Origin: Candidatus Limnocylindrales bacterium | Lineage (GTDB): Bacteria > Chloroflexota > Limnocylindria > Limnocylindrales > CSP1-4 | Assembly (NCBI GenBank): GCA_038327765.1 | Contig: JBBQLI010000003.1 | Coordinates: 1-63,323, forward strand | DNA: 63,323 nucleotides | Direction: 5' to 3' | In this document: positions 9,621-18,281 of the stretch, piece after piece | Position numbering within the stretch: the first letter of the stretch is position 1 | How the letters are laid out: every line of letters starts with the position of its first letter | The notes under the pieces: generated by a model | What the model saw: only the letters and a program-made list of their open reading frames with translations | Told to the model about the DNA's origin: nothing | Database searches by the model: none | Position numbers and translations under genes: made by a program

Positions 9621-10253
9621 TCAGAGGCGAGCCAGGATCGCCTTCGCTAGGTCGATCACGCTCTGCTGTAGAACACCCGCGTCGAGCGTGTCCTTGTTCT
9701 TCACGCCGATCGTCAGCATCCCCCCGGGAACCTGGACGTGGAACGTACCCAGGCTGGCCGCGTAATAGGCCTCGGCACCGAGGCCATCCACCTGTGTGAC
9801 GGCGTCGCCGATCGACGCCTTGATCGCTGCATACGTGACGTACTTGGCATCGAAGAACACGCGGATGCCCACCGGGCTGTCGCCCGGGCCGCCCGCCTTG
9901 ACCTTGCCAGACACGTCGAACGTACACACCCCGTATTGCCCCGCCTGGCCGTCCGTGGACGAGCCGCCGAAGGCGGCTTCAACGTCGGCCTTCGTCGCCA
10001 CCGAGCACGAGTCCGCTGGGTTTCCGGCCGTGTTTGAGGATGCGCCTGCGCTCGACGGGGCCTTCGATGGCGCCGCGCTCGTTGCGGCGCCCGTGGACGC
10101 GGCACTGGAGGCAGCAGGCGCGGGAACGCTCCCGCCGGTACAGGCCGCGAGAACGGTCACGAGGACCAGTGCGCCGGCGAGTCCGCGGCGCCCGGTCAGG
10201 CCGGCGAATGGAGCGCCGCCTGGATCGGAGCTTTTCAGCGAAAGCAGACGCAT
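9621..10253 (-). CDS. Secreted lipoprotein, function unknown
   Basis: Lipobox LVTVLAAC followed by an Ala/Ser/Pro linker and a ~130-aa globular domain. It is convergent with the RHS gene, with a 44-bp gap. Confidence 0.72.
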   Translation of the reverse strand: MRLLSLKSSDPGGAPFAGLTGRRGLAGALVLVTVLAACTGGSVPAPAASSAASTGAATSAAPSKAPSSAGASSNTAGNPADSCSVATKADVEAAFGGSSTDGQAGQYGVCTFDVSGKVKAGGPGDSPVGIRVFFDAKYVTYAAIKASIGDAVTQVDGLGAEAYYAASLGTFHVQVPGGMLTIGVKNKDTLDAGVLQQSVIDLAKAILARL

Positions 10254-10439
10254 GACGGTCCCCCTGAGAGTGCGGATGGCCGGAATGGGACCCGAGCATA
10301 TACCCCGCTCATCGCTCTGGTGGGGCCCGATGTGATCGTCCTGGGCGCGTCGATCGCCGCTCCTTCTTGACCACGGAGCGCATGCTGCGTCTCGTCCGGC
10401 CGACCGAGTCCGGCGGCCGCGGAGAACCTGGAGGGACGC

Positions 10440-10637
10440 GTGTCATACGGAGGACCGCCGGGTCCGCTTGGACCGGAATTCGAGGCTCTGGCCGAGCAGA
10501 AGGAACGTGAGCGCGACGCCGAGCGCACGAAGGTCGCGCTCGAAGCCCAGCGGCACGCTGCATCGACCGGCGTCGTGACGCGGTTCGGTCGGATGCTTCG
10601 ACAGTGGCTCGGCATCGGACGCGATCGCACGCAGTGA
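10440..10637 (+). CDS. Small hypothetical protein (65 codons) translationally coupled to the ABC ATPase
   Basis: GTG start 4 nt after GGAGGG (10430-10435). Its TGA stop overlaps the in-frame GTG at 10634 of the ABC ATPase gene (GTGA). Codon position 3 is mostly G/C. The sequence is charged and helical-looking (EFEALAEQKERERDAERTKVALEAQRH). No family recognised. Confidence 0.45.
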   Translation: MSYGGPPGPLGPEFEALAEQKERERDAERTKVALEAQRHAASTGVVTRFGRMLRQWLGIGRDRTQ

Positions 10638-11584
10638 CGCTGCCGCGCTCGGCGCTCTCGGTCAGCCACCTGTCCAAGCGTTTTGGTGATCGCCTGGCGT
10701 TCGACGATGTCTCATTCGAGGTTGGATCCGGCGAAGTCTTCGGGTTCCTTGGCCCCAATGGCGCCGGCAAGACGACCATGGTCCGGACGCTCGGGACACT
10801 GCTGGCACCATCGGCCGGTTCTGCGCGGGTGGCCGGCCTGGACCTCAGTCCAGCCAACGGCGTGGCGATCCGTCAGCGGATCTCGATCATGCCCGAAGCC
10901 CCCGGCCTCTACCTCCGTCTCAGCGTGACCGAGAACCTCGAGTGCTTCGCAGGTCTGTACGAGCTGGCCGATGTCGACGGGCGGATCTCGCGTGCGCTGG
11001 CCGCCGTGAATCTCAGCGCTCGCGCCAAGGACGCGTGCGGCACGTTGTCGAAGGGCCTCCGGCAGCGTGTCAGCCTCGCAAGGGCCCTCCTCAACGACCC
11101 CGAAGTCCTGTTTCTCGATGAGCCGACCGCGGGCCTCGATCCGGTCGCCGCGCGCGACGTCCACGAGCTGATCGATGTCCTCCGCCAGCGCGGGGTCACC
11201 GTCTTCCTGACGACCCATCGTCTCGAGGAGGCGGAACGGCTGTGCGACCGGGTCGCGCTGCTGAACACGACGCTCCGGGCGATCGGCCGGCCCGAGGACC
11301 TCCGCCAGAAGCTCTTCCCGAACGGTCTGACGGTGAGAACGATCGCCCCGCTCGGCGATCCTGACCGGGTCTTCGGACATCTCCCGGGAGTCGAAAGCTG
11401 GCGGCTCGACCCTGCCGGCACCTACGTCCTCACGGTCTCCGACGCAGCTGTCGCCGCGCCCGCGGTCACCAGGGCGCTGGTGGCTGCGAAGGCTGATGTC
11501 CTCTCGATCGGCGAGGCACAGCACACGCTCGAGGATGTGTACCTGGAGCTGATCGACGAAGACGTGGAGGCTCGTCCGACGTGA
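10634..11584 (+). CDS. ABC transporter ATP-binding protein (ABC-2 exporter type)
   Basis: Walker A GPNGAGKTT, signature LSKGLRQRV, Walker B VLFLDEPTAGLD and H-loop TTHRLEE. The start is placed at the GTG at 10634 because of the GTGA overlap with the upstream small ORF. The ORF-track start is 10604. Confidence 0.9.
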   Translation: MTLPRSALSVSHLSKRFGDRLAFDDVSFEVGSGEVFGFLGPNGAGKTTMVRTLGTLLAPSAGSARVAGLDLSPANGVAIRQRISIMPEAPGLYLRLSVTENLECFAGLYELADVDGRISRALAAVNLSARAKDACGTLSKGLRQRVSLARALLNDPEVLFLDEPTAGLDPVAARDVHELIDVLRQRGVTVFLTTHRLEEAERLCDRVALLNTTLRAIGRPEDLRQKLFPNGLTVRTIAPLGDPDRVFGHLPGVESWRLDPAGTYVLTVSDAAVAAPAVTRALVAAKADVLSIGEAQHTLEDVYLELIDEDVEARPT

Positions 11585-12303
11585 GACTGAGCACGACGCG
11601 TACCCGGGCCATGTTCGTCAAGGAGCTTCGCGAGTACCGGAGCAACCGATCGATCATCGCGACGATGGCGGTGATCCCGCTGGTCTTCGTGATCAACCCG
11701 CTGATCCAGATCTTCGCCCTGCCCGAGTCGGCGTCCGGCGGTCTGTCCCATGTGCATGTCCTCGTCTACATGCTGGGTATCCCCGCGGTGGTTCCGGCGA
11801 TCGTCGCCGCATACTCGGTCGTCGGCGAACGGTCGCAAGGCAGCCTCGAGCCAGTGCTCATCACCCCGATCCCGCGCGACGAGCTGCTCCTGGCCAAGGC
11901 CCTGGCCGCGCTCGTCCCCTCGCTTGCCGTCTCATACGTGATGTTCGGCGCGGTCGTCGCGAGTGTCGATCTGTTCGCCGCGCCAGGTATCGCGGCCGCC
12001 ATCGCACGTGGTCCGGACCTCCTTGCCCAGGTGATCTTCACGCCACTGATCGCGGGTTGGTCGATCTGGGTCGGGATCGCCATCTCGACACGGGCGAGCG
12101 AGGTCCGCGTCGCCCAGCAGCTGGGGACGCTGGCCAGCGTCCCGTCCGCGATCGTTGCTGCGCTCGTCGCCTACGACGTGATCCACGCGACATTCGGTCT
12201 GGCGTTGGGCTTCGCAGCCCTGTTGGTCATCCTCAATGTGGCGGGCTGGCGGGTCACCTCAGCCCTGTTCGATCGCGAGAGGCTCGTCTCCGGGGCCAGG
12301 TGA
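11581..12303 (+). CDS. ABC-2 type transporter permease
   Basis: GTGA overlap with the ATPase stop. About six hydrophobic helices, with a typical ABC-2 N-terminus (FVKELREYRSNRSIIATMAVIPLVFV). Confidence 0.82.
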   Translation: MRLSTTRTRAMFVKELREYRSNRSIIATMAVIPLVFVINPLIQIFALPESASGGLSHVHVLVYMLGIPAVVPAIVAAYSVVGERSQGSLEPVLITPIPRDELLLAKALAALVPSLAVSYVMFGAVVASVDLFAAPGIAAAIARGPDLLAQVIFTPLIAGWSIWVGIAISTRASEVRVAQQLGTLASVPSAIVAALVAYDVIHATFGLALGFAALLVILNVAGWRVTSALFDRERLVSGAR

Positions 12304-12423
12304 TGCCGCTCGGTCTCGGGGCCGGAGTAGGGGACGTCATGGATCGTCACCGCGCTTGCGGGATGGCGCATGTGGGATCCGGCGAAGCGCCGATATTCAA
12401 GCGTCGGCCCGAGCATGCCGGGA

Positions 12424-14454
12424 TCAAGCCTCCGGCGCAGCCGCCGCGATGCGTGCGGAGAGCAATGCTTCGAGTGCTTCACGGGCGCTGGGAGCTGAGA
12501 ACACCGTGAGGCGGTCCCCACTCCTGAGGATGACATCGCCCCGCGGGACGATCAGGCGGTCGCCACGACCGATCGCCACGAGGACCGTATCCCTCGGCCA
12601 CTCGGCGTCCGCGACCGAGGCGCCAGCGAGTCTGGATGCCGGACCGATCTCCGCCTCAAGCAACGTGCCGCTCGAACCGATGGAGCGGACCTGACGGACG
12701 TCGGCCGCAAGCGCACGGCGATATGCGGCCGTGATGTCGCGGATGGACAGGATGCCTGCCAGGCGGCCATCGGCCACGACGGGCGCCCACGAACGATGAC
12801 CATCGCCCAGGGCCGCCAGGGCGTCATCGAGGGCGTCGTCCGCCGAAACGACGAGCGGATCGAGGTCCAGATCGCCGACGAGCAAGCCCTGATCCGCATC
12901 GACAAGGGACGCCAGGTCGACACTGCCGCGAACGGATCCGTCCATGGCCACCACGGGCCCGCCCGGAACATCGCGGGCCACGAGTCTTGAGCGCGCCTCG
13001 GCGACACGGTCGCCGGGCGAGATGATCACGCGTGGCACTCGTGCCGCATCGCCGGCCGGGATCGCGGCCATGAGCGGAAGCGCGAATCGAAACCGCTGCG
13101 CGGGCGATTCGGCGCGGCTCCGGATCTGCGCGGTATAGATCGACCGATCGCCGACGACCAGTGTGGCCAGGCCGATCGCGAGCATCGCCGGGCCCAGCAT
13201 CGACAGGCTGTCGGTCATCTCGGCCACCATCAGCATCACAGCCAACGGCGCGTGCGCCACGCTTCCGAACAGCGCCATCATCGCGACGATCACGAACGGC
13301 GACGGATCGACGGGCATGGCCGGTGCGATGGGTTCAAGGAGACGCCAGATCCCGGCGCCCAGCAGACCGCCGATGACCATGCCCGGACCGAAGATGCCCC
13401 CTGAGCCCCCGGAACCGATCGACAGGGATGTTGCGAGGATCTTCGCGAACGGGAGGACGAGGACCACCCAGAGCGGCAGGCCGAGCAGCGTGGTTCGATC
13501 GAGACCTGCCTGGACCCATCCATATCCCGTCCCCAGGACACCCGGCAGGGCAAGACCGAGACAACCGACCGCGAGTCCGGCGATCGCCGGATGCACGACG
13601 CGCGGGAGCGGCCAGCGGCCGATCCAGGCAGTGAAGCCGTAGAACGAGCCGATGTAGAGCCGACCGACGATGCCAGCGGCGAGACCGATCAGGGCGTAGT
13701 AGACGAGTTGGCGCGCGTCAGTGAAACCCGCGCTGGCGACGCGTCCGAAGATCGGGGCGAACCCGACGATGGCGCCGAAGATCGAAAACGCCACGATCGA
13801 CGCCACGAATGCCGGAACGAGCGCTTCGGACTCGACGTCCTCCCGGTAGGGGATCTCGGCAGCGAGGACTGCCCCGCCGAGAGGAGCGCGAAAGATCGCC
13901 CCGATCCCGGCGCCCATCCCGCAGGCGACGGCGATGCGCGCGTCGCGCGCGTCCAGATCGAGAAGCCTTGCCAGGAACGACCCGAATCCGGCTCCGATCT
14001 GGGCCGTCGGGCCCTCGCGGCCGCCTGAGCCGCCCGATCCGATGGTGATCGCCGACGCGACGAGCTTGACCAGCGGGATCCGCGCCCGGATCCGGCGCGC
14101 GCCATGGTGATAGGCGGCGATGGCCGCGTCGGTGCCGTGACCTTCGGCCTCCGGTGCAAGTCGGAAGACGATGATCCCCGAGATGAGCCCCCCGAGTCCG
14201 ACGACGAGCGGGATCACCCACGGTCGAGCCGCGTCGGTGATCGGCTGTGCGCCCTCGCCCATGGGCGACGCTGGGGTGAAACCGGCGAGGACGCCAAGGA
14301 AGGTCCGTGTCGCCAGGTCGAGAGCCACGAAGAAGAGGGCCGCTCCCAGTCCGCTGATCAATCCGATGGCCGCGCCGAGTACGACCCATTTGCGCAAGTA
14401 CGCCGACGTTCGGATCCGCTGGCGGACGGCGCGCAGGAGTGAGTCCGGACTCAC
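12424..14454 (-). CDS. ClC-family chloride channel/antiporter with C-terminal CBS pair and RCK_C (TrkA-C) domain
   Basis: ClC motifs GSGGSGGREGPTAQIG and GSGGSGGIFGPGM. The C-terminus has CBS-like repeats and a TrkA-C-like segment (LEAEIGPASRLAGASVADAEWPRDTVLVAIGRGDRLIVPRGDVILRSGDRLTVF). The GTG start overlaps the MarR stop (GTGA). Confidence 0.9.
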   Translation of the reverse strand: MSPDSLLRAVRQRIRTSAYLRKWVVLGAAIGLISGLGAALFFVALDLATRTFLGVLAGFTPASPMGEGAQPITDAARPWVIPLVVGLGGLISGIIVFRLAPEAEGHGTDAAIAAYHHGARRIRARIPLVKLVASAITIGSGGSGGREGPTAQIGAGFGSFLARLLDLDARDARIAVACGMGAGIGAIFRAPLGGAVLAAEIPYREDVESEALVPAFVASIVAFSIFGAIVGFAPIFGRVASAGFTDARQLVYYALIGLAAGIVGRLYIGSFYGFTAWIGRWPLPRVVHPAIAGLAVGCLGLALPGVLGTGYGWVQAGLDRTTLLGLPLWVVLVLPFAKILATSLSIGSGGSGGIFGPGMVIGGLLGAGIWRLLEPIAPAMPVDPSPFVIVAMMALFGSVAHAPLAVMLMVAEMTDSLSMLGPAMLAIGLATLVVGDRSIYTAQIRSRAESPAQRFRFALPLMAAIPAGDAARVPRVIISPGDRVAEARSRLVARDVPGGPVVAMDGSVRGSVDLASLVDADQGLLVGDLDLDPLVVSADDALDDALAALGDGHRSWAPVVADGRLAGILSIRDITAAYRRALAADVRQVRSIGSSGTLLEAEIGPASRLAGASVADAEWPRDTVLVAIGRGDRLIVPRGDVILRSGDRLTVFSAPSAREALEALLSARIAAAAPEA

Positions 14455-14876
14455 GAGACGGCCTCGAACGATCGTGCCAGTCTCTCGATCACCCTGACTT
14501 CGTCCGTCGCGAGTGATGCCGTGCCAAGGACTCGAGCCAGCTCGCGCGATCGGTGCTCCAGCACGCGACCGCGGAGTGCACGACCCGACGCGCTCAGTCG
14601 AATGTGGCTGACTCTGCCATCAACGGTGTCCTTTGTCGTTTCGACCAGTCCACGGCCACGTAGTCGTGAAACGACCCGACTCGCGGGCGACGCGTTCGAT
14701 CCCATGCGAGACGCGATATCCCCGACCGTGGCCCCCTCATCGCGCTCCCCGAGCAGCATGAGGACCCGCCACTGAACGAACGTGAGGTCCGCACCGGCGT
14801 TCGTGATCGCGCGTTGCGTGATCGCCACCGCACCAAGGACCACGCGCTCCAAGGCATCGATGTGCGGTTGGGTCAC
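14451..14876 (-). CDS. MarR-family transcriptional regulator, first gene of the MarR-ClC operon
   Basis: MarR winged helix: QWRVLMLLGERDEGATVGDIASRMGSNASPASRVVSRLRGRGLVETTKDTVDGRVSHIRLSASGRAL. Confidence 0.85.
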   Translation of the reverse strand: MTQPHIDALERVVLGAVAITQRAITNAGADLTFVQWRVLMLLGERDEGATVGDIASRMGSNASPASRVVSRLRGRGLVETTKDTVDGRVSHIRLSASGRALRGRVLEHRSRELARVLGTASLATDEVRVIERLARSFEAVS

Positions 14877-14887
14877 CGGTGCATCGT

Positions 14888-14940
14888 ACCAGAATCATGT
14901 TCCAGTCAGAACATGTGTGCGCGTCGGGTGAACTTCTGGT
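14888..14940. promoter_or_regulatory. Nested inverted repeats in the divergent MarR/MarR intergenic region; candidate MarR operator
   Basis: Outer arms: ACCAGAA (14888-14894) and TTCTGGT (14934-14940). Inner perfect palindrome: CATGTTC (14896-14902), 6 nt, GAACATG (14909-14915). The site lies between the two divergent MarR genes. Confidence 0.35.
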
Positions 14941-15049
14941 CACCTGAGGCATTCGCGCAACGGGCGGTGCCGGGCGATACCATCGGCAGCGTCCATCTAG
15001 ACGGGTGTGCGGCCGACCGTCGATCGTCAAGCTGCGGGGAGAGCGTCTC

Positions 15050-15532
15050 GTGCACGGTCGCAACCAGGTGATCCCGACGCGTGGTCTGTCCACGCCGGAC
15101 CTCGAGGTCGCCGCCCTCGATGCCCTCGAATCGCTGGCATTCGGGATGGTCGCCATCACCTCTCGGGCGATCGAGGCAGGGACCAAGCGTGGCGAGCTCA
15201 CTTTCCAGCAGTGGCGTGTCCTGGTCGTGCTGGGCGCGGCGGGAGAAGGGATGCGCGTCAGGGATCTCGCTGCCCGCATCGCCGCCTCGGGACCTTCCAC
15301 GAGCCGCATCGTCCGACGACTCCAGACACGCTCTCTGCTCGAGACGACGGTCGACCCTGGGGACGGGCGAGCCGTCCTGGTCCGGCTGTCGGGAGGAGGC
15401 GCTTCGTTGCGGGAGCGGATCGTCCAGCGTCGCCGCGCATTGATCCAGGAGACCATCGCGAGCCACGAGACATCGCCAGCGGCGATCAGCGAACTGAGCG
15501 AACTTGCCGCACTGCTCGCCCGCTGGATCTGA
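15050..15532 (+). CDS. MarR-family transcriptional regulator
   Basis: MarR pattern: FQQWRVLVVLGAAGEGMRVRDLAARIAASGPSTSRIVRRLQTRSLLETTVDPGDGRAVLVRLSGGG. The GTG at 15050 follows GGGGAGAG (15036-15043). The alternative start is the ORF-track 15005. Confidence 0.8.
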   Translation: MHGRNQVIPTRGLSTPDLEVAALDALESLAFGMVAITSRAIEAGTKRGELTFQQWRVLVVLGAAGEGMRVRDLAARIAASGPSTSRIVRRLQTRSLLETTVDPGDGRAVLVRLSGGGASLRERIVQRRRALIQETIASHETSPAAISELSELAALLARWI

Positions 15533-15537
15533 TCCGA

Positions 15538-15864
15538 TCAGGGTTTCGGCGTTTTCTTCGGTTTCGGCGTCTTCGTAGGCTTCGGCGAGGCTGTCGGCTT
15601 CGGCGAGGCTGTCGGCGTCGGTCGAGCGGTCGGCGTCGGTCGAGCGGTCGGACCCGCGCCACCGGAGAGGCCACTCAGCGTGTCGGACACGTTGCTGAGC
15701 GCGTTCGTGATCGCACCGCCGGCAACCAGCAGGCCGCCGATCGCCATGGTGGCGATGAGCGCCAGGATGATCGCGTATTCAGCGAGGGACTGGCCGACCG
15801 GCCCGCAGCCACGTCTCGACGAGGTGCGGGTACCAGATAGATGTTGCATGACATGTATCTTCAT
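15538..15864 (-). CDS. Flp/Fap-type pilin-like protein with a ~40-aa Pro/Thr/Lys-rich C-terminal extension
   Basis: Only the last 108 codons of the 449-aa ORF-track entry look real. They contain the Flp motif G/QSLAEYAIILALIATMAIGGLLV, then TARPTPTARPTPTASPKPTASPKPTKTPKPKKTPKP. The ATG at 15864 is preceded by a G-rich box. The rest of the long ORF is antisense to the lipoprotein gene at 16000-16893. Confidence 0.6.
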   Translation of the reverse strand: MKIHVMQHLSGTRTSSRRGCGPVGQSLAEYAIILALIATMAIGGLLVAGGAITNALSNVSDTLSGLSGGAGPTARPTPTARPTPTASPKPTASPKPTKTPKPKKTPKP

Positions 15865-15999
15865 ATTCGCCCCAAACCTCTCGCCATAGCCCGAAGGTCC
15901 TGGCCCGCTGGCTGCCGTACGCGCGTCTGTCCGCCCGTGGCCGACATTGCAATCACCGATGCCGCATGTGACGATGCGGCCACTCCCAGAGGATCCGAC

Positions 16000-16893
16000 A
16001 TGCAGCGTCGCTCCAGTTCGCCGCGGGTACCGCACGGGTCGCGGCTCGTCCTCGCGATCCTCTTCTGCACTGTCGTCGCGGCCTGCAATGCTTCGTCGGG
16101 GCCGACCACTTCCGGCCAGCCCGCGACCGGGGCGGCGACGGACGACCTGACCGACTCCGCGGCCCCCTCGAGCAGCGCCACTCCCAGCGTCTGGCATGGA
16201 ACGATCACGTTCCATGCCGTCATCGACCAGTCGAAGGACGACTCGTCGACCAGTGGTCAGGGCACCTTCCAGGAGACCACGGTCTCGCACGCGGTGACCA
16301 AGACCGACGTGACCGATACGTTCACGGTCGGCGGCCACGATCCCGATGACATCACGTTCGGCATCGGATCCGTGACACTCTCGGGCACGGTCGCCAATCA
16401 GGGGACGACGCTCGAGCGAGCGGTCTTCGACACGGACAAGCACAACGCGCTCGGCTGCCACTTCACGGACGAGGTCGGGACCGAGACCAGCGGTTCCTGG
16501 TCGGGCGCCGCGACCGCGCCGGGCGAGATCAGGTTCGCGGACGACGGCACGTACACGATCACGATCGCGGCCGGTGGCGACGCGGTCACCGGAGAGGCCC
16601 CTGCGTCGCCGCTGCTGCCGAAGCGGCTGTGGGAAACGACGACCATCATCGCGGGGGCAGCCCGCGACTGCCCCGGGCCGGGCACGGAGCAGAACGCCAC
16701 AGACGGCCCGATCGTCCAGTGGGCATCGAGCATGCTCGGCGGCTCCGACTCGATCCAGGGCACGCTGGACCTCAGCAACCCGGGCTCGGTGCTGGACGGC
16801 TCGGCGACGTTCCACCCGACCCTTCCAGATGGCACGGTCACGGTGACCTGGCATCTCGTCCACGACGGGGCCATCGTCCTGCCGCACAGCTGA
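16000..16893 (+). CDS. Secreted lipoprotein, function unknown
   Basis: The ATG at 16000 lies 7 nt after AGAGGA. Lipobox ILFCTVVAAC. Thr/Ser/Asp-rich, beta-strand-looking sequence. Confidence 0.72.
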   Translation: MQRRSSSPRVPHGSRLVLAILFCTVVAACNASSGPTTSGQPATGAATDDLTDSAAPSSSATPSVWHGTITFHAVIDQSKDDSSTSGQGTFQETTVSHAVTKTDVTDTFTVGGHDPDDITFGIGSVTLSGTVANQGTTLERAVFDTDKHNALGCHFTDEVGTETSGSWSGAATAPGEIRFADDGTYTITIAAGGDAVTGEAPASPLLPKRLWETTTIIAGAARDCPGPGTEQNATDGPIVQWASSMLGGSDSIQGTLDLSNPGSVLDGSATFHPTLPDGTVTVTWHLVHDGAIVLPHS

Positions 16894-16988
16894 CCTGGCG
16901 GTCCGCCCCGAAGCCTTCGGGACCTTCGGCCCTTGCCGTCAGCGAGCCCGCCACGCAGCCTTGGGCCGAACCCGCAAGGAGTCCCTTG

Positions 16989-17522
16989 ATGCGCGCACTC
17001 GTCGTCTACGAATCCATGTATGGCAATACCCACACCATCGCCGACAGCATCGCGACCGGTCTACGGTCCGCGGGTGAGGTCCGGGTGATCCCCGTCGCTG
17101 AGGCGACCGCTGAGCTGATGGCCTGGGCCGACCTGGTGGTCGTCGGAGGCCCGACCCACGTCCATGGCATGACCCGAGCGACGTCTCGTCGCGGCGCTGT
17201 CGAAGCCGCGGCCAAGCCTGACAGCAGAGTGACGCTCGACCCGGATGCGCAGGGGGCCGGACTCCGGGACTGGCTCGCGGCGCTCGGTCAGGCCAAGGGC
17301 AAGGAGGCCGCCGCGTTCGACACCCGAGTCAGCGGCCCGGCGCTCCTTACCGGGCGGGCGTCGAGCGGCATCGCCTCGGAGCTGCGTCACCACGGCTTTA
17401 CGCTTGTGGTCGAGCCGGAGAGCTTCCTGGTCGACCGGGACAACGCGCTTGTCGTCGATGAGCCGGATCGAGCCATCCGCTGGGGCGAACGAGTCGCCGC
17501 ACGTCTGACCGTGGCCGTCTGA
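16989..17522 (+). CDS. Flavodoxin-like domain protein
   Basis: The ATG at 16989 lies 7 nt after AAGGAG (16976-16981). Flavodoxin-type N-terminus: MRALVVYESMYGNTHTIADSIATGL...DLVVVGGPTH. Confidence 0.8.
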   Translation: MRALVVYESMYGNTHTIADSIATGLRSAGEVRVIPVAEATAELMAWADLVVVGGPTHVHGMTRATSRRGAVEAAAKPDSRVTLDPDAQGAGLRDWLAALGQAKGKEAAAFDTRVSGPALLTGRASSGIASELRHHGFTLVVEPESFLVDRDNALVVDEPDRAIRWGERVAARLTVAV

Positions 17523-17531
17523 CCGTCCCTG

Positions 17532-18281
17532 CTACGGGGCGGTCACCTGCGTTCCATGCGGATCGAGCAGCTGGTCGATCCGGCCCTGGACGAGGTCCAC
17601 GGTCGCGATCCATTCCGTGCTGTCGACATCGAGCGGCACCTGCGCCCACGTCTGGCTGATCTGCGCGTGGACACCCGTCGCCGGGTCCACCGTTTCGGCG
17701 GTGACGAAGACGGGCGTGATCCGGCCGATCGTCGCGCCACGGCCCAGGAGGGCGCTCGTCCGCGGGTCGGCCTTGACCAGCGTGATCGCCTTCGCGCTGA
17801 GCTCGGCTGAGAGCTGTGGCCCCTGGTAGACCTTCGTGACCGCCCGATTCCGAAGATCGACGTTGACCGTCACCGCCTGTCCATGGGTACCGGTGACGAC
17901 CACGGTCGCCACGTCGTCCACGACGCTCGTGACTGTCGCGATGGAGACGTCTCCGCGCAGGATCGCCGTCACCTGCGGGTCGTTGCGTGCCAGGTCCGCC
18001 GCCTGTGTCGTACTCAGCTGGCCGGGCAGCACGGTCTGGACGACCACGACGGCGACGAGCGCCAGCGTCACGGCGGCCGCAACGACGAACGCGGGCCGAG
18101 CCCGCCCTCGCCGCGCCGTCGAGCCGGCCGGCAGCCGCTGCCCGCGGGTCGCCACCTCGGCGCTGATCCGGGGCCACAGGTCGGTGGTCTCGGGGATGGC
18201 CTGGACCGCGATGGTCGCGAGCGTCTGACCAAGGATCTGCTCATGCATGTCGGTGGCTCCTGGCTTCGAATCCATCGTCAT
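17532..18281 (-). CDS. Membrane-anchored putative anti-sigma factor
   Basis: The ATG at 18281 overlaps the stop of the ECF sigma gene (ATGA). It has a single TM segment (PAFVVAAAVTLALVAVVVVQTV) followed by an extracytoplasmic domain. Confidence 0.68.
   Translation of the reverse strand: MTMDSKPGATDMHEQILGQTLATIAVQAIPETTDLWPRISAEVATRGQRLPAGSTARRGRARPAFVVAAAVTLALVAVVVVQTVLPGQLSTTQAADLARNDPQVTAILRGDVSIATVTSVVDDVATVVVTGTHGQAVTVNVDLRNRAVTKVYQGPQLSAELSAKAITLVKADPRTSALLGRGATIGRITPVFVTAETVDPATGVHAQISQTWAQVPLDVDSTEWIATVDLVQGRIDQLLDPHGTQVTAP

Noticed and set aside
15865-16887. N-terminal 341 codons of the 449-aa ORF that ends in the Flp-like pilin. The same applies to 21217-22251 of the 665-aa ORF that ends in the lipoprotein.
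   Set aside because: These extensions are antisense to well-supported genes (lipoprotein 16000-16893; GT-C-like 21358-22473) and are Arg/Asp-rich nonsense. Internal Met starts with a signal peptide or Flp motif explain the real products.
18262-18273. T-loop-like GGCTTCGAATCC
   Set aside because: It lies inside the anti-sigma/sigma coding overlap. The flanks cannot form a 5-bp T-stem or a cloverleaf.
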